A DNA stretch of 64,000 nucleotides, from the NCBI GenBank assembly GCA_965221855.1, contig CBDCSV010000001.1:365592-429591 (forward strand). Direction: 5' to 3'. Both the position numbers and the translations under genes were made by a program. Shown piece by piece: positions 28,471 through 36,979 of this stretch (position 1 is the stretch's first letter; the number at the start of each line of letters is the position of its first letter). Source of the DNA: Rhodospirillales bacterium (GTDB lineage Bacteria > Pseudomonadota > Alphaproteobacteria > Rhodospirillales > UBA2165). Below the pieces are notes generated by a model. That model was not told where the DNA came from, did no database searches, and saw nothing but the letters and a program-made list of their open reading frames with translations.

Positions 28471-29621
28471 GCAACGGCAATCGGCATTTCGTCTCCTCGG
28501 AGCCGTTCAACCCGCAGCAAATCGAGGCCCTGACGGCCGAGCAGGAAAAATACTTCCTGGCGTCGCAGTGGAAGATGATGTGGTGGCGGTTGAAGCGCCA
28601 TCGCCTTGCCGTCGCTTCGGGCATCGTGCTGGCGGTCATGTACTTCAGCGTCCTGATCACGGAGTTCCTGGCGCCTTACGAACTGTCGGCCCGGAACGAG
28701 GATTTCCTGCATGCCCCGCCGCAGGGCATTCACTTCTTCCATGAGGGCGAATTTGTCGGGCCCTTCGTTTACGGCCTGGATCAGACGCTGAACCTCGAGA
28801 CGTTGCAGCGGGAGTATTCCGCCAACCGCGACAAGGTACAGCCGCTCAGATTTTTCTGTTCCGGCGATCCCTACCGGTTCTGGGGCATGGTGGAGGCGGA
28901 TTTCCACCTGGTCTGCCCGGCCGAAGGCGGGACGTTCTTCCTTCTGGGTACGGACCGGCTGGGACACGACATGTGGTCCCGGATTCTCTATGGCGCCCGC
29001 ATTTCGCTGACGGTCGGGCTGATCGGCATCACCCTCAGTTTCATTCTCGGCATCGTCATCGGCGGCCTCGCCGGCTATTTCGGCGGCTGGGTCGACAATC
29101 TGGTGCAGCGGGTGATCGAGATTCTTCGCTCGCTGCCGGAACTGCCCCTCTGGATGGCGCTGTCCGCGGCGCTGCCGGCCAGTTGGAGTCCGATTCTGGT
29201 CTATTTCGGCATCACCCTCATTTTGGCGCTGGTCGACTGGCCGGGGCTGGCGCGGGCGGTCCGGTCCAAATTGCTGGCGCTCAGGGAAGAGGATTTTGCG
29301 ACGGCCGCCACCCTCATGGGCGCGAAGCCGTCGCGGGTCATTGGACGTCACCTGTTGCCTAACTTCATGAGCCACTTGATCGCCTCGGCGACCCTGTCCA
29401 TCCCGACCATGATCCTGGCGGAGACCGCCCTCAGTTTCCTCGGGCTTGGCCTTCGTCCGCCGATCACCAGCTGGGGGGTCCTGCTCATCGAGGCCCAGAA
29501 TATCGAGGCCGTGGTGTTGTTCCCGTGGCTGATGACTCCCATGGTGCCGGTGATCATCGTCGTCCTCGCCTTCAATTTCCTGGGCGACGGACTGCGCGAC
29601 GCGGCCGATCCCTACAAGTAG
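28467..29621 (+). CDS. ABC transporter permease (DppC/YejE-like)
   Basis: 384-aa polytopic ORF. ATGA overlap with the previous gene. Loop EDFATAATLMGAKPSRVIGRHLLPN. Confidence 0.85.
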   Translation: MSNGNRHFVSSEPFNPQQIEALTAEQEKYFLASQWKMMWWRLKRHRLAVASGIVLAVMYFSVLITEFLAPYELSARNEDFLHAPPQGIHFFHEGEFVGPFVYGLDQTLNLETLQREYSANRDKVQPLRFFCSGDPYRFWGMVEADFHLVCPAEGGTFFLLGTDRLGHDMWSRILYGARISLTVGLIGITLSFILGIVIGGLAGYFGGWVDNLVQRVIEILRSLPELPLWMALSAALPASWSPILVYFGITLILALVDWPGLARAVRSKLLALREEDFATAATLMGAKPSRVIGRHLLPNFMSHLIASATLSIPTMILAETALSFLGLGLRPPITSWGVLLIEAQNIEAVVLFPWLMTPMVPVIIVVLAFNFLGDGLRDAADPYK

Positions 29622-29661
29622 CCGTCTCGACGGCGGCGGGCGGGCCCGCTAGGTTTCGTCC

Positions 29662-30399
29662 ATGAAATTCGACGATGTCCGCGCCGCATTGGACGGCATT
29701 CCGTACCTGGGTGTCGACGAGGGCTGGGAGCTTTACCAGTTCGTCGTCAACCATCGCCCCGAGCGGTGCCTGGAACTGGGCCATGCCCATGGCGTGTCAT
29801 CGGTCTATTTGGCCGCGGCCATGGAGGAGGAAGGCTGCGGGCATCTGGATACGGTCGACCTGCTCACCGCCGGCGGCCGGGACCCAAATCTCGAAGGGTT
29901 GCTCGAAAGGACGGGGCTCGGCGGCCGGGTCACCATTCACCGGGAAAAGAACTCATACACCTGGTTTCTGAAAAAGCGGATCGAGGCGCGTTCCGGGAAC
30001 GGGGTGTGCGAGCCGTGCTATGACTTCTGTTTCATCGATGGGGCGAAGAATTGGACCATAGACGGGCTGGCATTTTTTTTGGTGGACAAACTCATGCGGC
30101 CCGGCGGCTGGCTGTTGTTCGACGACTATACGTGGACGATGGGGAAACATCCCGGCCGGATGCAGAGCGACGGAATTACCGTGCGGAGCCTGAGCCGGGA
30201 GGAAGTGTCGGTTCCCCACATCGAGGCCATCTACCGGCTGCTCGTCACCCAGCATCCGGACTACGGGAATTTCGAGGTCCAGGACAATTGGTGGGCCTGG
30301 GCGCAAAAATTGGGCGCGGAAGCGGCTGGGACCGACCGGACGATCCGGGAGACCCGGATGAAATGGCATGAACGCAAAGATTTGCGCTCAAACGGCTGA
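29662..30399 (+). CDS. Class I SAM-dependent methyltransferase-like protein (Methyltransf_24 / O-MT-like)
   Basis: 245-aa ORF. Motif-I-like CLELGHAHGVSSVYLA and acidic-loop FCFIDGAKNW. Confidence 0.55.
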   Translation: MKFDDVRAALDGIPYLGVDEGWELYQFVVNHRPERCLELGHAHGVSSVYLAAAMEEEGCGHLDTVDLLTAGGRDPNLEGLLERTGLGGRVTIHREKNSYTWFLKKRIEARSGNGVCEPCYDFCFIDGAKNWTIDGLAFFLVDKLMRPGGWLLFDDYTWTMGKHPGRMQSDGITVRSLSREEVSVPHIEAIYRLLVTQHPDYGNFEVQDNWWAWAQKLGAEAAGTDRTIRETRMKWHERKDLRSNG

Positions 30400-30459
30400 C
30401 CTCGGTTTTATGGGTCACGGTGGTTGCCAAGCGGCAACACCGTTCACATATAATGGAGT

Positions 30460-30921
30460 ATGAACGAGATCGAGATTCCGGGTAAAAGCAGCGGCCCACC
30501 ACCGCCAAGGGACAACTGCCCGGTTCCCGTCGCCGGCCCCGTGCTCAAGCCGGTGCTGATTGGCGCGGGCGTGTTCTTTGTCGTCCTCGGCGCCGTCGGC
30601 ACGGTTGTTCCCGGATTGCCGACGACAATCTTCCTGATTGTTGCCGCGTGGTGTTTCGCCCGTTCGTCGGCGCGATTTTACGGCTGGCTATACAGCCGGC
30701 CGCGTTTCGGCCCGTTGTTGATCAATTGGGAACGGCACAGAGTCATCCCGGTCTACGCCAAGGTCCTGGCCATCGGTTCCATGATCGCGAGTTTGGTCTA
30801 TGTGAGCCTGTTCGTGGCCCAGGATTGGGTGGCGCCGGCATTGATGTTCCTGGTCATGGCGCCGGCCTCCATCTACATCCTCACCCGCGCCAGCCGGGCG
30901 CCCGGCTCAGAGCTTGCGTAA
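30460..30921 (+). CDS. DUF454 (YbaN-like) inner-membrane protein
   Basis: 153-aa ORF. GAVGTVVPGLPTTIFLIVAAWCFARSSARFYGWL is characteristic of the YbaN family. Confidence 0.7.
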   Translation: MNEIEIPGKSSGPPPPRDNCPVPVAGPVLKPVLIGAGVFFVVLGAVGTVVPGLPTTIFLIVAAWCFARSSARFYGWLYSRPRFGPLLINWERHRVIPVYAKVLAIGSMIASLVYVSLFVAQDWVAPALMFLVMAPASIYILTRASRAPGSELA

Positions 30922-31821
30922 CCACAGGCTGGTTTCAAGGGCCCCTTCGTTGAGGGGCAGCCCCGCCGCCGCCGTTTCCTCGAAGGAATTTCGCAGCCGC
31001 GTCACCGCATAGCGGCTGGAAAACAGAATTTCGTAGGCGCCGCCCTGAAGCAGCAGGGCGACGCCCAATTGCTCGTTGTACCCGCGCCACGTCCAGGTGT
31101 CGGGGTAGGGGTCCGGCAATGGAATGTCGTGGATGTGGACCAGAACGCCGGACGGCAGGCGGGGCAGAACGGAGTTGAACAGGTAATCGACATCGGTCCC
31201 GGGCATCAGGATGTGGCTCGAGTCGATGAACAAAATGTCCCCGGCGCCGAGTTCCCCGAACAGCCCCGGGGGAACCTCATGGACCAGTTCAGGGACCGTC
31301 TCCACATCCAGGCCGTCGATCATGGCGCGCGGTCCCGGATCGACGGCGGTTATTCGGGTCGGAAGAGCTCCGTCCCGGACCGCCCGCGCCATAAAACGGG
31401 TGGAGTGGCCGGAGCCGACTTCGATGATCCGTCGAGGTTGGCGTTCGCGCACCATGACATAGGCGGCCACGGCGTCCATCCGGGGGAACCAGTCCTGATC
31501 CCATCGAGGTTCCGGTGGACTATTTTCACCAATTTTTTCAATGTCTTCAGCGTATTTCTTGATGTTCGTTAGGAATTCCCGCTGGCGCTCTTCGGCGACC
31601 GTGAACAAGTCCTCGATGGCGGGATAGGCGGTCGCGTCCCGCGGCGGCATTTCCGCCGCATGGCGGTACGGAATGAAGTACCCCTTCGGCCGGTTTCCCA
31701 GCACCGTCGAGATCGCCATATGGAGGAGCTTGAAAGCGGATCGGGCCAATTCCGGCACCCCGGCCGTTGAAGATGAGAGGGCAGGACGGTGTTGGGAAGC
31801 CGCCCATTCCGGCTGCGGCAT
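30907..31821 (-). CDS. Class I SAM-dependent methyltransferase-like protein
   Basis: 304-aa ORF. Motif I RIIEVGSGHSTRFMA and a later ILFIDSSH. Alternative start is Met35 at 31719. 15-nt convergent overlap with the ybaN-like gene. Confidence 0.6.
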   Translation of the reverse strand: MPQPEWAASQHRPALSSSTAGVPELARSAFKLLHMAISTVLGNRPKGYFIPYRHAAEMPPRDATAYPAIEDLFTVAEERQREFLTNIKKYAEDIEKIGENSPPEPRWDQDWFPRMDAVAAYVMVRERQPRRIIEVGSGHSTRFMARAVRDGALPTRITAVDPGPRAMIDGLDVETVPELVHEVPPGLFGELGAGDILFIDSSHILMPGTDVDYLFNSVLPRLPSGVLVHIHDIPLPDPYPDTWTWRGYNEQLGVALLLQGGAYEILFSSRYAVTRLRNSFEETAAAGLPLNEGALETSLWLRKL

Positions 31822-31904
31822 CCAGTTGTAGATTCTTTTCTTCGTCCCGTGAACTGATATGATTCCGGGCGAACGGGCACGGTTAATTTCTGGGAGCGCG
31901 CGGC

Positions 31905-33569
31905 ATGGCCGGGGAGGCGGACGAAGGACGGTTTTTGCGGCCGATCGACGAGATCGGCGCGCTGCTCGACATTCCGGCGGAGGCCCTTGATTTCTACGGG
32001 ACTCGAAAGGCCAAGCTCTCCTCGAAATTCCTGGATCGCCTCGACGGGCAAACCGACGGCAAACTGATCCTCGTCACGGCGATGACCCCCACTCGCCATG
32101 GCGAAGGAAAGACCACCACGAGCATCGGACTGGCGGACGGTCTCTCGAGGATCGGCGAACGGGCGGTCGTTTGCCTCCGCGAACCCAGCCTGGGTCCCGT
32201 ATTCGGCATGAAGGGCGGCGGGACCGGCGGCGGCAGGTCGACCATCGAGCCGTCGGACGACATCAACCTGCACTTCACCGGGGATCTCCACGCCGTGACC
32301 GCCGCGCACAATCTGTTGGCGGCGATGATCGACAATCACATCTATTGGGAAAACGGGGCCGGTCTGGATTCCCGGCGGGTCAGTTGGCCGCGTGTCCTTG
32401 ACATGAACGATCGGGCCCTTCGGCAGGTGGCTCTCTCGCTCGGCGGGGCCTCGAATGGATTTGCCCGGGAAGGCGGTTTCGATATCACCGCGGCTTCCGA
32501 GGTCATGGCCATCCTTTGCCTTGCCGAGGGATTGGATGATTTCACGGAGCGGCTCTCCCGCATCGTCGTCGGCCGGACCCGGCAGCGGGAGATGGTCACC
32601 GCCGGAGATATCGACGCGGCGGGGGCAATGGCCGTCCTGCTGAAGGATGCCGTCCGGCCAAACTTGGTTCAGACCGCCGGGGGCACGCCGGCCCTGGTTC
32701 ATGGTGGCCCGTTCGCCAACATTGCCCACGGGTGCTCGTCCGTCGCGGCGACGCGCGCGGGCTTGAAGCTCGCCGATTTCGTGGTGACCGAAGCCGGTTT
32801 CGGCGCCGATCTCGGTGCGGAGAAGTTTATCGACATCAAATGCCGGCTTGCCGGTCTTCGCCCGTCGGCGGCGGTGATCGTTGCGACGATCCGCGCCCTC
32901 AAGTCCCATGGCGGGGTGGGATTGAACGACATCGAAAACGAAAACGTCGGTGCCGTCGCCGCGGGGTTTGCGAACCTGGGCCGCCACGCGGAAAACATGA
33001 GGAATTTCGGGCTGCCGGTGATCGTCACCCTGAATCGCTTCGCGGCCGATGGAGATGCCGAGGTGGCGAAACTGGCCGAACTCTGCGCCGCCGACGATAT
33101 TCGCTTCGAGGAGAGCACCCACTTCGCGGACGGCGGAGCCGGCGCGGAAAGCCTCGCCCGCGCGGTCGTCGAGACGACGGCCGGGGAGCCGGCCGAGCCC
33201 GACTTCACCTACGATCTGGACGCCCCCATTGCCGAGAAAATCGGCGCAATCGCGCACAAGGTCTACCGGTCCGGCGGCATCGAACTGTCGAGCGCGGCTG
33301 CCGCGCGGATTCGGGACCTGGAAGCAGCCGGGTGGGGCAACGTGCCGGTGTGCATCGCCAAGACCCAATTCAGTTTCTCGACCGACCCGAAAGCCCTCGG
33401 GGCGCCGGCGGATTTTCCATTCCCGGTGAGGGAAATCCGGCTCAGCGCCGGGGCCGGATTCATCGTCGCGGTCTGCGGCGACATGATGACCATGCCCGGA
33501 CTGCCCCGGGAACCGGCGGCCAATGGAATCTCAATCGGTTCGGACGGCGAGATCGTGGGGATGTCATAA
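31905..33569 (+). CDS. fhs: Formate--tetrahydrofolate ligase
   Basis: 554-aa ORF. P-loop PTRHGEGKTTTSIGL, DINLHFTGDLHAVTAAHNLL, FANIAHGCSS. The first ~10 residues differ from the usual SDIEIA start. In-frame stop at 31884. Confidence 0.88.
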   Translation: MAGEADEGRFLRPIDEIGALLDIPAEALDFYGTRKAKLSSKFLDRLDGQTDGKLILVTAMTPTRHGEGKTTTSIGLADGLSRIGERAVVCLREPSLGPVFGMKGGGTGGGRSTIEPSDDINLHFTGDLHAVTAAHNLLAAMIDNHIYWENGAGLDSRRVSWPRVLDMNDRALRQVALSLGGASNGFAREGGFDITAASEVMAILCLAEGLDDFTERLSRIVVGRTRQREMVTAGDIDAAGAMAVLLKDAVRPNLVQTAGGTPALVHGGPFANIAHGCSSVAATRAGLKLADFVVTEAGFGADLGAEKFIDIKCRLAGLRPSAAVIVATIRALKSHGGVGLNDIENENVGAVAAGFANLGRHAENMRNFGLPVIVTLNRFAADGDAEVAKLAELCAADDIRFEESTHFADGGAGAESLARAVVETTAGEPAEPDFTYDLDAPIAEKIGAIAHKVYRSGGIELSSAAAARIRDLEAAGWGNVPVCIAKTQFSFSTDPKALGAPADFPFPVREIRLSAGAGFIVAVCGDMMTMPGLPREPAANGISIGSDGEIVGMS

Positions 33570-33585
33570 ATCCGGCTAGAGCGTT

Positions 33586-34257
33586 TCATATTTTGACGGA
33601 AGCGTATCCTGCGTTTTTGAAGTAGTTGGCGCATTGCTGTGGCTCGATGGTGTCGATGAGGCTCCCGAGATGGCGCCATAAGTCGTCGATCTCCCGCTTC
33701 TGGGCGTTTCTCATCCAGTGCTTGATTTGGGCAAAGGTCTGCTCGATGGGATTGAGGTCGGGGGAATATTTGGGCAGGAGCCACAGCTTGGCTCCGGCGG
33801 CACGGATGGCGTTTCGCACGGCTTTTGACTTGTGGCTGCCGAGATTGTCCATGATGACGATGTCGCCGGGCACCAGGGTCGGCACGAGCAGCTGCTCGAC
33901 GTAGGCGCGGAAGCACACGCCATTGATGGGGCCGTCGAAGACGCAGGGCGCGGTGAACCGGTCGCAGCGCAGCGCGCCGATGAAGGTCAGGGTGTGCCAC
34001 CGCCCATGGGGGGCAAAGCCGCGGACCCGCTCCCCTTTCGGCCCCCAGCCGCGCAGCGGGGCCATATTGGTCCGGATCCAGGTTTCATCAATGAATACCA
34101 GCCGTTCGGGATCAAGCTTTGCCTGCCACGCCTTCCAGCGCCTGCGATGGCGGGCGATGTCCGCGCGCGCCCGTTCAACGGCGAACAGGGTTTTTTTTAA
34201 AGCGCAGCCCTTCACGGCGCAGAAACAGCCATACCGTGCTGTGGGATACCCTGACAC
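33586..34257 (-). CDS. IS630-family transposase, DDE catalytic part (orfB), +1 frame relative to orfA
   Basis: LVFIDETWIRTNM..., IVIMDNLGSHKS..., LPKYSPDLNPIEQTFAQIK form the DD(34-35)E-type triad context of IS630/Tc1-mariner. The frame joins orfA if one A of the A8 run is skipped. Confidence 0.85.
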   Translation of the reverse strand: MSGYPTARYGCFCAVKGCALKKTLFAVERARADIARHRRRWKAWQAKLDPERLVFIDETWIRTNMAPLRGWGPKGERVRGFAPHGRWHTLTFIGALRCDRFTAPCVFDGPINGVCFRAYVEQLLVPTLVPGDIVIMDNLGSHKSKAVRNAIRAAGAKLWLLPKYSPDLNPIEQTFAQIKHWMRNAQKREIDDLWRHLGSLIDTIEPQQCANYFKNAGYASVKI

Positions 34258-34534
34258 CCCGAGCGGCCAACTCGTCTCTCAACCGATGCAGCGTCAGATG
34301 CGGCTCCTGGTCGATCCGGCCGACAATGAACTCCCGATGGGGCTCAAGAACCCGGCGGCGGTGACCGCCCATCTTGCCGGGCGCAACACTCCCCGTCCGC
34401 CGGTAGCGCTGCGACCACTTAACCACGCTCGAAACCGCAACCCCAAACCGAGCCGCTACAGCGCGGCAACTCTCCCCCGCCAAAACCGCCAAAACAACAC
34501 GCTCTCGCAAATCAATCGAATAAGGTCTCGCCAT
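34175..34534 (-). CDS. IS630-family transposase, N-terminal HTH part (orfA)
   Basis: MARPYSIDLRERVVLAVLAGESCRAVAARFGVAVSSVVKWSQRYRRTG... Ends just after an A8 run (complement of 34191-34198). Confidence 0.85.
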   Translation of the reverse strand: MARPYSIDLRERVVLAVLAGESCRAVAARFGVAVSSVVKWSQRYRRTGSVAPGKMGGHRRRVLEPHREFIVGRIDQEPHLTLHRLRDELAARGVRVSHSTVWLFLRREGLRFKKNPVRR

Positions 34535-34627
34535 GAATGCTGGCCTCCTTGCCCAGCATCCATCTTGAATCATGGTTCGCCCATACTTGGGAATCCCTAA
34601 AATGATTCAATCAATCTCAAATACGCT

Positions 34628-35485
34628 CTAGCCCGCCGGGGTCCAATCGAGCCCGATATTCGCCGCGGGCGCCGAGTGGGTCAGCCGCCCCACCGACACG
34701 TAATCGACACCGGACGCCGCCACCGCCTTGATGTTGTCCAGGGTGACGTCGCCCGACGCTTCGGTGGTGCAGCGGTTATCGATGATTTCGATGGCCCGGC
34801 GCATGTCGTCCGGGCTCATGTTGTCCAGCAGGATGCGCTCCGCGCCCGATTCGGCGGCCTCGGCGACCTGCTCCAAGGTGTCGCACTCCACTTCGACGTG
34901 CTTCAGGCCGGCGTCGATGGCCCGGCGAACCGCCTCGCCGATGCCGCCCGCGACCGCCACATGGTTGTCCTTGATCAGCACGCCATCGTCGAGGCGCATG
35001 CGGTGGTTGGTCGCCCCGCCCATCCGGGTCGCGTATTTCTCCAACTGCCTGAGGCCCGGAATGGTCTTGCGGGTGTCCAGAAGCACCGTGTTCTCCGGGG
35101 CGATGGCGTTGGCGTAGGCCCGCGTGAGCGTTGCGATGCCGGAGAGGTGCTGGACGAAATTTATCGCCGTGCGTTCCGCGGCGAGAAGCTCGCCCGCGGG
35201 ACCGGAAATCCGGGCCAGGGCGGTTCCCGCTTCAACCGCTTCGCCCTCGGCGACGAGTGTTTCGAATGAAATTCCGGGCGACAGCTTTTCGAAAACCAGC
35301 TCGGCGATCCCCAGCCCGGCGACGACAACGGGTTCCCGCGCCGCCATGACGCCCTCGAAATCCATCTCCTCGGGGATGACGGCCCGGGACGTGATGTCGC
35401 CCTTGCCCACATCTTCGGCGATGGCCGCATCGACGATCCGGTTGACCTCGTCGGCATCCAGGTCGGCTGGCAGATTGGCGGTCAT
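34628..35485 (-). CDS. nadC: Nicotinate-nucleotide diphosphorylase (carboxylating)
   Basis: Track ORF trimmed to MTANLPADLDADEVNRIVDAAIAEDVGKGDITS... Motifs LLDTRKTIPGLR and MLDNMSPDDM. Its TAG stop is the CTAG at the IS end. Confidence 0.88.
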   Translation of the reverse strand: MTANLPADLDADEVNRIVDAAIAEDVGKGDITSRAVIPEEMDFEGVMAAREPVVVAGLGIAELVFEKLSPGISFETLVAEGEAVEAGTALARISGPAGELLAAERTAINFVQHLSGIATLTRAYANAIAPENTVLLDTRKTIPGLRQLEKYATRMGGATNHRMRLDDGVLIKDNHVAVAGGIGEAVRRAIDAGLKHVEVECDTLEQVAEAAESGAERILLDNMSPDDMRRAIEIIDNRCTTEASGDVTLDNIKAVAASGVDYVSVGRLTHSAPAANIGLDWTPAG

Positions 35486-35615
35486 GAGAATCCCGTGAGC
35501 GGCGCAGGAATAGAAACTTGGCCCATGGAAACGGCAAGTCAAGGCCGAGGCGGTGGTTGAGCAAACGGCCCGCATTGGCCAAACTCCCGGGGCACGGTCT
35601 GGAAAGGGAGATACG

Positions 35616-36779
35616 ATGCCGGTCATCAAGGAACTCGACGCCCTCAAGGACGAAATGGCGTCCTGGCGGCAGGATATTCACGCTCATCCGGAAACCGCGT
35701 TTGAAGAGCATCGGACGTCGGACTTGGTGGCCGAAAAGCTCTCGGCGTTCGGCATCGAGATTGACCGGGGCATGGCGACGACCGGCGTTGTCGGCACGCT
35801 GGTCAATGGCGACGGCCCCTCCATCGGCCTTCGCGCCGACATGGACGCCCTCGACATGCCCGAGCAGACCGACCTTCCGTACAAATCCCAGGTGCCCGGC
35901 AAGATGCACGCCTGCGGGCACGATGGGCACACGACCATGCTGTTGGGCGCCGCCAAGCACCTCGCGGAGACGAAAAATTTCAACGGCACCGTTCATTTCA
36001 TCTTCCAGCCGGCCGAGGAGATGGCGGGCGGCGGCCAGGTGATGGTGGAGGAGGGACTGTTCGACAAGTTTCCCGCCGACACCGTCTACGGCATGCATAA
36101 TTGGCCCAACATGCCGGCCGGCAAAATCAGCATCGGCGAGGGGCCGGGAATGGCATCGGCGGCGAAATTCGAGATCGTCGTCAAAGGGCGCGGCAGCCAC
36201 GCCGCGGCGCCCCACCAGGGGATCGATCCGGTGGTGATCGGTGCGGAAATCGTCTCGGGACTTCAGACCATCTCGAGCCGGGCCACCAATCCCATCGACG
36301 CCATCGTCGTATCGGTAACCCAGTTCCACGCAGGCGACGCAATGAACGTGATCCCCGACCAGGCGGTGCTGGGCGGGACCGTCCGGTCCTTCGCCCTGGA
36401 TCCGGAGAAGACCATCAAGCCGCGGATCGAGCAGATCGCCGGCGGAATCGCGTCGGCCCACGGCGGCGGCGCGGACGTCGCCTACGAGCAGCTTTATCCG
36501 GTGCTGGTAAATAACGGCCCGGAAAGCGAGATCGCCCGTTCGGTGGCGGTTGACGTGGTCGGCGAGGAAAATCTGGAACAGGCCTATCCGCCGACCATGG
36601 CGTCCGAGGATTTCGCGTTCATGCTGAATGAGCGGCCGGGCACCTTTGTCCGCCTTGGCGCCGGATTTCCGGACCGGGAAACATATCCGCTCCACAATAC
36701 GCGCTACGAGTTCAACGACGAGATTCTCCCCATCGGGGCATCGTTTTGGGTGCGGCTGGTGGAGAAGGTGCTGGGCTAG
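35616..36779 (+). CDS. M20/M25/M40 amidohydrolase (hippurate hydrolase / N-acyl-L-amino-acid amidohydrolase-like)
   Basis: Start ATG 35616 follows GGGAGA. WRQDIHAHPETAFEEHRT, MHACGHDGHTTMLLGAAK, FIFQPAEE. Confidence 0.82.
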   Translation: MPVIKELDALKDEMASWRQDIHAHPETAFEEHRTSDLVAEKLSAFGIEIDRGMATTGVVGTLVNGDGPSIGLRADMDALDMPEQTDLPYKSQVPGKMHACGHDGHTTMLLGAAKHLAETKNFNGTVHFIFQPAEEMAGGGQVMVEEGLFDKFPADTVYGMHNWPNMPAGKISIGEGPGMASAAKFEIVVKGRGSHAAAPHQGIDPVVIGAEIVSGLQTISSRATNPIDAIVVSVTQFHAGDAMNVIPDQAVLGGTVRSFALDPEKTIKPRIEQIAGGIASAHGGGADVAYEQLYPVLVNNGPESEIARSVAVDVVGEENLEQAYPPTMASEDFAFMLNERPGTFVRLGAGFPDRETYPLHNTRYEFNDEILPIGASFWVRLVEKVLG

Positions 36780-36843
36780 GCGCCAGCGGGATTGGACATT
36801 GAGGATTTCCCCGTCGTCCCCGTCTTCGATTGTTTTTGGACAA

Positions 36844-36861
36844 GATTACCAAATGGTAATC
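36844..36861. promoter_or_regulatory. Perfect palindrome upstream of degP (candidate operator)
   Basis: GATTACCA-AA-TGGTAATC, 8-bp arms, about 120 nt upstream of the degP ATG. Confidence 0.3.
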
Positions 36862-36945
36862 CACCGGACAGGCAGCGGTTAGACGGCAATCGTTAGCCTC
36901 AATTCTCGACGGCATTGGAAATCAAGCCGGTTGGCGCTTCCGATG

Positions 36946-36970
36946 CCATGAAATTCCTTCGATTTCATGG
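36946..36970 (+). promoter_or_regulatory. 5'-leader hairpin overlapping the degP Shine-Dalgarno
   Basis: CCATGAAAT-TCCTTCG-ATTTCATGG (9-bp perfect stem). The 3' arm ends in the GG of GGAG, and the ATG is at 36980. Confidence 0.35.
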
Positions 36971-36979
36971 AGAACTGAG

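Larger units (their letters stand above)
33574..34633 (-). mobile_element. IS630-family insertion sequence, copy 1 (1060-bp shared unit; 1050 bp if the flanking TA are target duplications)
   Basis: Identical to 56111-57170. Terminal inverted repeats are GGCTAGAGCGT on the left and its reverse complement on the right. Two overlapping transposase ORFs. Sits inside GGC-TA...TA-GCC. Confidence 0.9.

Noticed and set aside
30418-30442. Strong hairpin after the first methyltransferase gene as an intrinsic terminator
   Set aside because: The stem is good (CGGTGGTTGCC/GGCAACACCG with one bulge), but no U tract follows. It is left unannotated as a terminator.
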